64,000 nucleotides of DNA from Thalia democratica (lineage: Eukaryota): positions 38,874,001 through 38,938,000 of the forward strand of contig OZ241830.1 in assembly GCA_965202585.1 (NCBI GenBank), in the 5' to 3' direction. Shown piece after piece: positions 27,200 through 39,748 of this stretch (positions are counted from its first letter, which is position 1; the number at the start of each line of letters is the position of its first letter). Position numbers and translations under genes: made by a program. The notes under the pieces are model-generated. The model had not been told where the DNA came from. It made no database searches and saw nothing but the letters and a program-made list of their open reading frames with translations.

Positions 27200-28140
27200 C
27201 TATACTGTATCAAATTTAAACTTTTTTGGCATCAAAGCTTTTAGTAATAACTTTTTTTTTAACTTTAATGTCTAGATAAAACTCAGTTTATAATTATAAA
27301 AGACAACAAAGTTCTTTAAAACTTGTAGTTTTAGTTGTTATAACAAAAAATAATCAATAAGACTTTTATTAATTTCAGCAAAAACGCAGTATTAAAAGTT
27401 AACTTAAGCAATCTGATTTTTGGTAGAACTAGTTATGAATTTGAAAGTTTGTTTTATTTTCATTCTTAAACTTACATTTGTAGGAGTTGTTTGCTTAAAT
27501 AGCTTAATATATTAAACACACAGTTTTTCAGAACATTAGTAATATATATTATGCTAAAAATTATTTTAAACAGTAACATAAATAACTGATAGCTAATTCA
27601 ATCCCAAGTCTTTAAGACTTTACTAAACTATCTTTTTTGACAGCTTAAGCTTAGTATAAAATATTTTTAGAGAAAGTAAGAGAAGAATTGTGGTAAAATA
27701 TTTTAATTTCTAAAAAGGTTGTCTTTTAAAACTTAACTTCATTTAAATTAAAAATTAGGTAAAACTTTTGTTCAACTATTGCATACTTAAGCTTAAGAAT
27801 ACACTGACTTTTCTAAAATCTATTGTCATTTACACTCATATAACTATAATTAGAAATTATATTACAAAAACTTACTATTATAAACTACCGTTAAAAATAA
27901 AAATTCAATACAAATAAGTAAAGCATTACGAAAAACCTATTTGGTCTGGCTTATTATATTTCCTTTAAGTAACAAATTTAAATTTTCTAATTTTCAAAGT
28001 GACAACACACATATGTACACTGTATAGTGTACATATACTGCTTATTTTATTTTTAAGTTTTTCTAAAGCTGGCATTTTAACTTAATTAAAGTAATTATGG
28101 CTAATTTGTGTTGAAAATAGTACTCCATAGGTTTAAAAAC

Positions 28141-28330
28141 TCTTTTTTTCCCACAAAAATGCAAATTAAATTAGGCGCATTCTCAAAGCTATTTTTTATA
28201 GCCAAAACAAAAAGCTACAATTCAAATGCAATGTACGTCAGCTAAATTGGTTCATAAAAATGCTAGTTTTAAGCAATCTAATTGCTTGTAAGTTTTGAGA
28301 AATAAACTTTGTGTGTTGTTTATTTGGTTT
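28141..28330 (+). repeat. Duplicate of FGF intron-1 block Y (41690-41875)
   Basis: TTTTCCCACAAAAATGCA..TTAGGCG..CAAATGCAAT.T.CGTCAGCTAAATT.G.TCATAAAA..TTTGAGAA is shared in order. Confidence 0.9.
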
Positions 28331-29539
28331 ACTATTTATAAACAAAAATATTCTTCACCTTTTAAAGCACTAAGTTACTTTATTTAACAACTTTTATGAT
28401 AGCTATTTTTTTCTTTGCTCGATCAACATTTACTTCAACTTTTCCATAAAAAAAGAAATTACTGCACACTAATCTTAAAAATTTAATAGTTAAACACTTT
28501 TATAATATTTTGAAAAATTCAATTATAAAAATTCAATGTAAAACAAACACGAGAAATCGTGTTTAAAAAAACTAAGCTTAGTATTAATTCAAAATATTGA
28601 AAAAAAACATTGGTTTCAAAGAAACTTTTACACGTTATTTTTGTAAGTATCTAAATAAGAAGAGTATAGTTCGTTTACTTTTGTAACTGTTTTCATTTTT
28701 TAATAGTAAACCGTCGTACCATATTTCTCCTAACTTTTTATGATTACCACTTTGAATAACAAATCTAAGAGAACTAGGTTACTTTTAATGCTCGTATGTT
28801 ACAGGTCGCACGTTATGAAGAAAGCTATTTACGAAAACACTTTATTTTTCTACCAGATAACACCAAGTTCTTCAATATTTTACAATTTATTTTGTACATT
28901 TTTTGTAGTATGTTTTTTGTAATAAAAAGAATGAACTTTAATTGCTTTTTTTTGTTATTAAGCAGTTCAAACTGCTGGCACAAACTTAAAACAAAGTTTC
29001 TTTATTCAAAGTTGTTTCATCTTTACGAAACTTTTAGCCACGTTTGTATGTGTTACTTAAAACTTGTGATTGTGTGAGAGCATTTCATTTAATATAAGTT
29101 ATTTTTTAAAGTAATGCAACTAAACTTTTTGGCGCCTTTAGTATTCAGTTTTTAAGTCTGTTCCCATTATATCATTACATGTGTTTGTTTAAATTTCTTT
29201 AGTGAAAATTTCAAACTTTTAAATTAGTAAGTAGCTTAAACGCAATACTTCTTGAATTTTTCTAAAGCAAAGTTGTATAGCAATGATTTTTTTGTTACTT
29301 TTTTCTTAATTGTTCTGATGCACTTTCCCAATAGAATTCACCATATTTTTCATATAGTTGTGAATAAACAACACAGTGAGAAAATTTTGCAACAATCCAT
29401 AGTCAACAACTAATTTGTGCAAATTTCAAAGTAACAATGGACGTAATTAGAAGTAAAAGTCAAGTATAAGTTCAAACAAAAAAGCTTGCTAAATATTCAC
29501 ATATTATCAATAATCACTTTTTACAAAGTCCGTCAAGGC

Positions 29540-29705
29540 TTTATTATGACGTCACCTCATGTACAACCTTGGTTGCTAAAACTGCTGGCACGCTACTTGT
29601 CGGCTACCTTTTAAGCAACTTTGGTGGGCAACCGTTGTTATGAGAACGGCAAACATATTCCCGAGGTCAGGCGCAGTTTAATTGTTTAAACGCGCTTGGC
29701 AGCTA
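29540..29705 (+). repeat. Duplicate of FGF intron-2 block Z (44010-44210; core also at 4505-4548)
   Basis: ATGACGTCAC..GCAAC.GTTG..AT.AGAACGG..CAT.TTC.C.AGGTCA.GCG.AGTTTA..TTAAA.G.G.TTG.CAGC. Confidence 0.85.
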
Positions 29706-30323
29706 ACCGTCATCTGAAACCGAAAAACAGAATGTTAATTTAACAATCACAATCAATCACCCTCACCACTACTGTCACGTTTTGTAGTTGCGAGCATAAT
29801 TGTTTGAAAATGGACTTTTTGGCACGGACCTGGTGTTATACAAACTCGCACATGTGGTCGGTATACGGGGATTATAAGGGCAAACGAAGGTTAGTTGTTA
29901 CTTCAGAATACCGTTGACGGTGTCCGTCAAAACCGCTGCCGATGTTGTTATGTAATACTCGATTTGCCGCCTGCTTTGATAATCCGCAGTAATTTTTGTA
30001 TTTCGTTTAGTAATCAAATTTTAGTGAGGCTATTGAAATTTAAATTTATGTTTTACGTTATACTTTATCTATATATATATATTTTTAACTACAACAGTAA
30101 AAAAGTACTATTCTAATTGTTACCCAAAATGTTTGGATCTTGTATTTAAAAGCTACAGCTGGGTCAAAACCAAAAATCAACATTTTTATATAAATTTAAG
30201 CATTTTTAGGTTTGTAAATAACCAAAAGTTTATAAATTGGTTGTTTAATTTGTTCTTATAATTTGTTTAGACTAAGAAAAGCTGCTCAATAAAAACCTTT
30301 AAATTTTTCAAAAACCTTAATAG

Positions 30324-30462
30324 GAGAATAGGCAAAGTGCACTTTTCAATCAACAGTGAGAGATAACAAACAAACTACCTACAAAGCACTAGCAAAATGT
30401 GGCAAGCGTAGATGCAGGGATATTTAAATCTAAACAGACAAGGTCAAGTAAGGAATGTAACC
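30324..30462 (+). pseudogene. FGF exon-3 pseudo-exon (unit B)
   Basis: Acceptor taatAG|GAGAAT retained. Net 7-nt deletion near the 5' end, a 1-nt deletion in AGGGGATAT, and loss of the 3' third of the exon. No recognisable exon 1, 2 or 4 partner. Confidence 0.92.
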
Positions 30463-32596
30463 ATGTATAGAGTATTTTTAAAGTATATGTTAGTTAAATT
30501 TAGACTGCTTGTAGAAACATAGTTACGAAACTGTATTGTTTTAAATGTTGTTAGAAAAATATTTAGACAACTGTGTTTTTTAAATAGCGAAACTAGTCTG
30601 TTTGATCTTTTTTTTTCAATTTAAGACCTCAAACATTATCAACTTTAAAAATCTAACCATAAAAATCTACAAATTGATGATAAAAAAAAAGCATAATTTT
30701 TTATAGGTTGTGAATATTTAACTTTAGTAATTGATAAATTGTACCAAAATAACTGGTATTTATAAACAGTCTACTTCTAAAACTTAGATTTTTGTAATCC
30801 GTTTTCTCAATGATGTTTTTAAACGATTGACAGTTTAAATATTAGACTGCAATAAATTAAACTGCAATAAAACTTTGTTATAACTACACACAGTTATACT
30901 CATTATTGTAAACCAACTAAAAACAATTATATTTAATATATAAATTTTCATATAATTAATTAAAAAATTAATATTAAAAAAGCTTAAAAAGAACTTGTGA
31001 TTGATAAAGTTTGCATTCCACTTTTCTACTTTTCGATCAAAAAAGGCCTTTCTTAAATTAACTTAGTGTATAAGAAATTAATAAAAATCTACGTGCCAAA
31101 ATTGTTTTTCAATTAAAAATAAATACAGTTTTTTTATAAACAGACGTGAAAATAACAATCGTTGCAAGGCAATAACTTGGACTAATGCCCTTTAGAACTC
31201 CAAGTGTGCTGGCAAAAATGTTTACATGAGGATTACACTTACAAAACTTATTAAAGGTAGTTCAACTTTAGAGTAGATTGCAACACCTATTTATATTCCT
31301 GCAGTAGAAAGTTTATGTTATATACATGCGTGACTCATTTGTTTTTGTAGTTCTTTTTTGCTACATAAAACTTGATAAAAAAAAGGTAATGAAATATTAT
31401 ATGTATAAAAAATTGAGTTTGCCCTTAATATCTTTTCTATCACTACTCTTTATTTTATCATAAACATATTTGTATTGTATGATACACTGGTTTTTAATAA
31501 CTATTAGATTATAGCTATTTAAAAAAATAAGTAAAAGTGTGAACAAAAAACTTTCTTTTAGGTTTCATCACAGTCTCAAAAACATGTTTCATATTAGAAT
31601 TATAGTCTTTTTTATTGCAAATGCATAAAATGAAATTATGTTGATGCTGTATCTATTTAAATTTTAAATAAATTAAAATCAACAGTATTTCAAATAAGTT
31701 TATTTTTATTAAATTTTTGAATTTAGAAAATGTTCCTAAGTACTTCGTTATAATTTTTTTTTTAAACATCAAAAAAGTAACAGTAAAAAAAGTTGTTATT
31801 TAGCTTGAATACAAAAACGTCTTTAGACATATTTTTAATTTTACTTTTTAGTTGTGTTCAATAAGTTCTAAACCAATACAAATTTCAATAAGAATAAAAT
31901 AAATGTAATACGCGTGTTCTTGAAACATTAGTTAATTTTTTTTTTTCATCATACTTTTATAGTGTTTTCTTCAAGCAAATTTTAGAAACAAAAGTTACAA
32001 GACCGCAAAAAAATTGTTTTTTAAATCAGCGAAATTTTATTTCGAGCTTTATTCAAATAATATATTAAAAATGTTTTAACCAACAATTCAAACATATTTT
32101 TCATACTAAATTGTTTTAAAGATTTATTTTGATAAGGGGAGTGTGAAAGTAGTGGAAATCTTCACACGATTACAAAGTCACGTGATGTATTAAATTCAAG
32201 ACTTTTCTCCAACTCATTTGCATATTAAAAAACATAAAAAATCTTCTACATTTTTGTGGTATTTGGTTAATTATTTTATAAAAAAATTAATAGTTTTGTG
32301 AATCATTGAGAGTTTGCTTTAGCATATACACTACAAAAATTGAAAAAAGTAAAAAATTCTTATTCAAAAAAATGCATTTTAAAAATTAAAAAGGTGTAGT
32401 AATATAATCTCTAATAACTTTATAAATTACTTTATTTTACGTAAAACAAAAGTTTTAAAATTTTTCACGATATACAGTAGTTAATTGTTACTCAATTATA
32501 TTTATTATATTTATATATTGTATTACTTAAATTTTTGTATACTTAGTTGTTTAACACTAACTTTAATTATTTTGCACAGTATTTTGTTGATAATGA

Positions 32597-32630
32597 CTGA
32601 TGAAAAGTCGAAACGTCGTCTGCGAATAAA
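32597..32630 (+). other. Hammerhead-ribozyme-like motif followed by AATAAA (resembles a Penelope pLTR end)
   Basis: CTGATGA-aaagtc-GAAAC-GTC-GTC-tgcg-AATAAA. Core boxes are present, but stems I and II do not pair convincingly. Confidence 0.35.
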
Positions 32631-35165
32631 TTTTAAACTTAGAATGTGTTTCTCTTTAAATTAGCATTCAATTGTATTTACCGCTTTTTCAAAATCTTTA
32701 ACTTTATAACTTTACCTATCAACTATACTAGTTCTCGTTTTTTAAGCTAATGTTTTGTAAGTGATAGACTTAAAAAACTTATGAAGAATTTCACAATCTT
32801 AGCAAGTATGTTCCACTTTATTCACTTGGGTCATAAAAGCAAAAAGTTATTAACCTTGTTGCAAAACTAATAAAACTTATTTTTGAAGAACGTGACTCTT
32901 TGACGACTACGCTATACGTTATCGTTACGCAGTTTAAGAGAAAACCGCATGAAGAACATATATATAAATAAGTATATATAACATAACAGTTGTTTCTTTA
33001 TTTTTTGTCATTTAATTTGAATGAAAATTAATTTTCAAAGCAATTATTTTAAATTTAGTCTACTTCAGAGTCATGTAAAAAAATAAAGTATTATAAAAAC
33101 TTTAAAACTGACATCAGTGTTTTCAGTTATTTAGTGTTTGAAATTAAATACAAATTAAATTAATTTTAAATTAATCGACCTGTAAACGTGTGTGTTATAA
33201 TACAAGTTTTATTAAATTCTATGTATTTATTAAGCTTTGTATTTAATATTACTAACACATATTTTATTACGACTTTGGTTTTAATTCAATTTGTAAAACT
33301 TATGACTAAGAAACTTATAGCTGTTTAGTAAAAATAATATGTGTAATCTAAATTATATAACTTATATAACTTTCACCTTAAGAGTTTTACTAGGTTCTTT
33401 GTTACTATAAAATACTTTATAAAAACAAATAAACTAACTTAGTTTAAAGAAAGCATTCATTAAAGACTATAATTGCAAACTTTGTATAGTAAAAATGTTA
33501 TAAAAGATCCGGTTTTGACTTTTTATAATTTACTAAGTTTGATTTTACGTATGTTCATTTAGCTTTCAAAGTTCTTATTGCGTTTAAGTTAACAAATCAC
33601 TTCTACTATTTTTATACTCGAAAATTATTTATTGTGATAGTATTTTAATTAAAAATTTGAGGAAAACGAAGTTTACCAAAACTATGCTCTGTAATGATTG
33701 TTAATAACCTTTCTTGTTACTAAACAAGAAAAAGGTTTAAGTTATATATAAATATATTTTTTTTTTTCTTTATCTAATTATATAAAAACAATAGTTTATA
33801 CAGCTGTTTCATACATGAAATAAAAAATTCATGTACTCCTCAGTAAGCTACAGTTTATTACAATAGTAAACAGAAATTTAGATTTCGAATATTTTTATAA
33901 TAATTGTGACATAGTAAAGATACAGTTTATTGTTCAGTTAGCTGAATTTGAAATATTACACTCTAGTTCTTAATTTATGCATTTTGGAGCGTATTATTTC
34001 AAATTAAGCTAACTGTATATTTTATATGTATGTAATTAAAACTTTTTTATAGTACACTAAACTCATAAAATTTTATAATTTTAATGGTGAAAATTCACAT
34101 TCATTGTCTTTATTATAAAATTTAAGTTTAGTTTTCACTTTGCGAAAATTGTATAACATTTGCTACTAAACGCAGTGGTTTGTATTTAAGAAATCTAATG
34201 ATTTCTGATACATAAACAATAATTAAAACCTTTTTAAAGTCTGTTCTTTGAATTTAAGCTATTAAAATGTTCTATTGTAATAGGACTAATTAATTAATTT
34301 TAGCAAAAAATAGTTATTTAACAATTTTAGTTATGAAAGTATATAACACAAAAATTTCTATCAAATATTTTTTAACATAGACTTTGTTTTAACTTATACA
34401 ATATTTCAACACAAATTATTTACAATAAGATGAATTAAATGTATGAAAATTGTGTTCATATAAAAAGGTAAAAGTCCGAATAACTAAGGTTTTTCTTTAA
34501 GAAACTTAAAATAACGTATTCGATTATTTGAAGTTTGGTCGTTTTTTTTTACTTTGTTTTAAATTTAGATTAATATATGGTAAAGATATGTTTTCAATAA
34601 GTAAATTGCATAAATATTTTGTAGGCGACGCATATATTTAACCTGTTTGAAAGTGGAAAAAGTTTTAAATATTTTTTTTATTTATAGTTACCTTGTAACT
34701 TTTAAGTTTGATAAGAAAACTGTAACGGTTAGAGTTGTATTAGCCAAATTGTTAGTTTACTGCAAACAAATACAAAAACAACGTGACGCAGCAGTGAACG
34801 TCTAGATTGTTCGGCGAAGAAAAATACCAATTGTATACAACACGTTACGTTTCGAACAATAAGTAAAAACGCTAAGACCTTGAACTTTCTATTGTGGCTG
34901 TTTTTAGTAGAAAATTTGTTGAAGTGTTTGCTATGTAAAACCGTTTTTGATCTTTAGAATTTTCTCCTTTATTTGATATGCGGTGAAGTGTTTAAAATCA
35001 AGTAAACTTGCGGAGAATCTGGCAACTTGACAAAAATAAGCACAATACAACTTGATACAAAAAGTATTATAAATAAATGGCAATTACAACATACATATAA
35101 GCAAAATCGTCTATAACAATATGTTATTTAATGCTACATTTTCGCCCGTCATCCTAGCTTTAAAG

Positions 35166-35633
35166 TACGGAAAAACAACGTACGGCCGCAGACTGAATGC
35201 GCCGATTCGGCCCAACGATTTTCAAAAGTTTAAGTTGAATCTGGTCCGCGAGCATGTAGTTTTTGTCCGCTTACCCAGATTGAAAAACTTACACTAGATC
35301 AGGGGTCGACAAATTGGAGGGTAAAAGTGCGGCCCACTAGCTTGGTGTGGGCCATAAAAATTATTACCTGCGGCCCGTGAAAGAAATTTTATGAGACTTA
35401 CCTCAAATATTTAGAGATTAAGAAAAACTTTAAATTAACGTAAATTTTACGGAAAATTTAAAACTCACACTAGGTATTCTGAGGTTTGAAGTGAAGAGCA
35501 AAAAATAGGTTTTTCAAAAAGATTTGGATATCTGAGTAACTCTTGTGCATTAAATGAAGCTTAAATGCTCCCGCCGTCTAAAACTAATTTTTTCCACATC
35601 TAGCCGGCCGACTGAAAACTTGCCCCACCCCTA
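35166..35633. mobile_element. hAT (Charlie-like) MITE or composite of two MITE remnants
   Basis: CTTTAAAG flanks both sides (35158-35165 and 35634-35641). Right end reads TAGGGGTGGGGCAA on the - strand, an internal CAGGGGTCGACAA starts at 35300, and GGCCC/GGCCG subterminal motifs are present. The left terminus is degenerate. Confidence 0.6.
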
Positions 35634-35855
35634 CTTTAAAGACTTACTTTATTACAGATCAAATTATTAGTTAGTTTAATTAACAAGTTAAAGTTATTCT
35701 AAAAATTGCCAGCCTTTAACAAGAAAGTAAATAAAGTAAATTTACAGCAAATTTAGTTTTAAGTTTCGAGCTGTAAAAACCGAAATCAAGTTACGCTTGA
35801 TAAATCTTATTTCAGCAGTTGTGCTTGCAATAACAAAACAGGAGTCTTCAAACCG

Positions 35856-35925
35856 TAGTCATGACAACGAGACAATGCAATGTTGTTATTAACTTGTTGT
35901 CACAGCCGCTGTCGAATGTAAACAT
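35856..35925 (+). repeat. Duplicated block T, diverged copy in unit B
   Basis: AGTCAT..CGA..TGC..GTTGT..AGC.GCTGTCGAA resembles 14843-14900; short match. Confidence 0.5.
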
Positions 35926-38900
35926 CATATTTTATTGGACTAATTTGAACTTCAATCAACTTTTATTTAGTTTTTTATAATATTGAATTGAATTTTGAAG
36001 CATCCTTTTGAAGTCTCAACCGTCAGAAAACAAATGGAAACTATTTTATCATACTAAAAACTAACTGAAATTTTTTTTAGCTGTACTTGGTTTTTTACAA
36101 TTGATTTATTTTAGAATACTTTCAAGTGAATTATTTATATTTGATAAACTTTGTAAATTTCTGTTTTAGACTAGTGATTTAATTTTTTTTAAGCCTTTAC
36201 TAAAATAGATTAATTATTAAGCAAAAAATACTTACTCAATTTAATTTATTTAATCATTTTAAAGCTAACATATGTTTGAGCTAAATAAAAAAATAAATAT
36301 AAACAACTAATATATGCTAAATATATAGTTTGTAGAACTTATATTTAGTTATTCTGTTTCACAAAAATAAAAATTTCATCAAGTTTGTGTTTGAAATGTA
36401 AAAACATAACATTTGCTTACGACCAAAATAAAATAAACTAAACAAAAGTACTGAATCCTTCTTTAGATTATATAGACTTTTCTATTACTAAAATAAAATT
36501 AAAAAAAAAACTTTTAAATGTTTGAGTACAGTTTTTGTTTTTACTTAGGTAAAAAATGTTTTATATATTTCAAAAAAAAAAAAAAATTTCTCAAAAAATT
36601 TAACCTAAACTTAAAAAGAAAAAAATAATAATTACGGTTCAAGTTTTAAAAGAGGCTATTAGAGTAGCTTAAGTATAAATTTTATGGGCAAATATTTTTA
36701 ATAAAACTGTTATAAGACGTTTGTTTAAACATAATTTTTTAATTTTTTAATCACATTAAACATTGGTTTATCATGTTTAAATTCGATAAGTTGATGTCAT
36801 TCGTAGTTATTTTCAGTATAACACAATTATTTTTATTAATATCTTAAAGTATTCTCTTTAGTCAATATGTTTTTTTTTACTTTTTTAAGTTATAAAATAT
36901 GGCGAAGTTTTTATATCAAATATAAAATAAGTTAAGATATTCTTGAAATTAGTGTTATATTGAAATGTATTCTACATCCTTCTAAACTTAATAGTCCGAA
37001 AAACGTGTCATATTTACTAAATTTGTTATTATTTACAAAGTAAATTACTTTGACCTAGTACTATTTTTGTTTTTTGAAAACATATTGATTTGTACTGCTT
37101 TCTTTCCATTACCTTAAGTAGTTTTTAGACAATAATGATTCAAGGTATTTAAATTTTTTGATAGTTTACGCTAGTTAAAAAAAGCAAAAGGTTAAGTCTT
37201 GTTTTCAATAATAAACAAGTTTTTTTTACTACTACTAATTCTTAAAATTTGACTAACCTTTGCAGCATTTACTTGAATGTTTGATGGATAAGTTTAATTA
37301 AAAAGTATAAATTTTCAAAATCATCCAGTGTAAATACTAAAAATAAAAAGTATTCATTACAAACGTAATTATTAAATTTTAAAGCTTTTTCACCCATCAA
37401 GCTTATGAGCTTAATACAAATTTTTTTTTAACTTTAACATACGTATATTACATTTCTGATTAATTGCTATAAATTTCTTTTGTAGTTTTTTTATTGCTTT
37501 AATGGTTTGTATTAGATTACGCTTGTACAATTTAAGTTTGATTTGCAACAATTGCTTAAAGTTTCAACAGTTTTTCGTTTTCAATTATATTTTCAAAATA
37601 TAGACAACAGTATAGTCTACTGAACTATTTATCTAATAAAACGTTTGAAATTAAAACTTTTTAAAACTTTTAAAACGAAAAGCTAAAAAACATAAAACAT
37701 TTTTCAAGATTTTAAACGAGAGAAGTTATATATTGTTTTTTAAGATAATTCAAAGATTTAGTTTTTAGGGGTTTTATATATTCTTAAAAAAATAGATATA
37801 CAGTTTTGTTTATGAGCAAAAACTTTTTTTTACTTAAACTTAAATGTTATAAAACAACATTTTGTATATATATTTTTACGTCATTGTTTTTTGTAGTTTA
37901 CTTTTTTGCATCTTCAATACATAATATTTATTACCGTACAAAAAACAATACAAATTCTAAATAACTTTTAAACTTACTAATAACCTCAAAAAGATTTATT
38001 ATTTTGAAAATATTTTTAATTCTATTCTTCAATCTAATATGAACTATAAAACTAAAAGATCTCAGGTAAAAATAGTAGTTGTAAAAATTGAAAAGTATTG
38101 TTATTTGTGTTGGAAGGTAACACAAGCTTTTACTACTTGTTTTAAAACTATTTTAACTTTTAACACACTTTATTTAAGATAACAACAACAATTACCAAGT
38201 GAAAAGTGTTATTTACATCAAGAACTTTTAAATTTTTCTTTAAATACACGACTACAAAAGGACAAGGCAAACAAAAATATACTTGTCCGATATTTGCTCT
38301 TTGTCGCACGCAATACCTAAATATATACTTCACGCAAAAATATGCCACTAATTCCATTGTCACAAAAGTAAATAAACACGCAAGGTTGCTAAAACACAAC
38401 TGTTATGCCCTCACACTAACCATAGCAATTTCTGTTTGAGCTGTTTTATAACTTCTCGTTAATATGGCCTGACTTTACGTATTTATTAAGTTCGTCGTAA
38501 TAAATGCATTATGTTACATAGTGAGTTCGTTAACCCTGCCTGTCACTGTGTTTGTTTTGTGTGACTTGCTAAAAATACATGCGTTTCGTAGTTATGAATT
38601 TCTTGAATTTTTCGTAACGTTTCAAGTGTTATTTGTTCTATGACAACGCTTTAAATTTCTTTTGAAGTTTTAAAGTAAGTTCAATATCATATTTATTAAA
38701 GAAAAGCTAAACTTAAAATTAATTTAGTTATTATAAAAAAAATTCAAAATGTATTTATTCTTTTTTGTAAAAAACTTAGTAAATCTATGATTGTTAACAA
38801 TAAACATAAAAATTTAACTTTTACCTAAACAAGAGGTTAAATATGCTATGTAGTTAAACAAATAATATATAATTTTCTTGATCCTTCGGGAATTTACTAG

Positions 38901-39419
38901 TAACTACAGTTTTAACTGAAAATTCTGCTTAACCTACAAACTCAAATCGATTTTTACAATATATAGAAAACAGTTTTTTTTTTTACACTAATGATGATTA
39001 AAGCATGTTTGAAACCATAATTATTTTTCATTTTGTAAGCAAGACTTTAGTTTTTAACATTTTAAAATACTTACTTTAACTAATTTAAAATGTAATATTA
39101 ATTAAGTTATTTCAAAAGGCCGTATTTATTTTAGTTTTCTTTTGACTGATGAGTTTATGTTAGCTAACATCAATATTTTTTTGTACTTTGCAAGATTCTA
39201 AACACGTAGAAACATAGTGGATGTAAAAATTTAATCTTTTTAAGTCAAGAATTGAAAAAATTAGTTGATTTATTTTTAATTATACATGTATTGAAAAATT
39301 TATTCCTAAAGTTTTGTTTTAACACAAAAAATTATTTTAAAACTGTTGTTAAAGTCAGTTAGTTACATACGTAAATTACCTACATAGTTTTGTCTTAGAC
39401 TTGTGGCTTGTTTATCTTG

Positions 39420-39748
39420 TGAAAACTTACGCAAAGCGCCGGTGGCAGGTGAAATTTTGAGAGAAGTGAAAAACGCCCGAGGCGAGAGAGCAGGGATGAA
39501 AAAACTGACGGGTGAAATAGGAAGCTACAAATTTGATTAACAGCCAAATATTCGACATTTCCATGTCAAACGCATGTGATGCTGTTGTTTATACAACAGT
39601 TAATTATTTTTTTATTCTTTAATTAGTTATTTGCTTCACGTAGTTTTAATATAAGATTACTTATTTTTTCTGCAGTTTTTGCTTTACACTGTCAAATAAC
39701 TTTACTAGAGACGAAGATTTTTATTTAAAGTTTGAAAAAATAAACACA
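39420..39748 (+). promoter_or_regulatory. Putative proximal promoter/5' UTR of FGF copy C, with a splice acceptor at 39674-39675
   Basis: Locally GC/CpG-richer stretch 39420-39600 and a strong ttttttctgcAG acceptor about 70 nt before the ATG. The TSS cannot be determined. Confidence 0.4.

Noticed and set aside
29030-29065. Possible exon-2 remnant in unit B (GCCACGTTTGTATGTGTT)
   Set aside because: Position is plausible but the match is too short to separate from chance.
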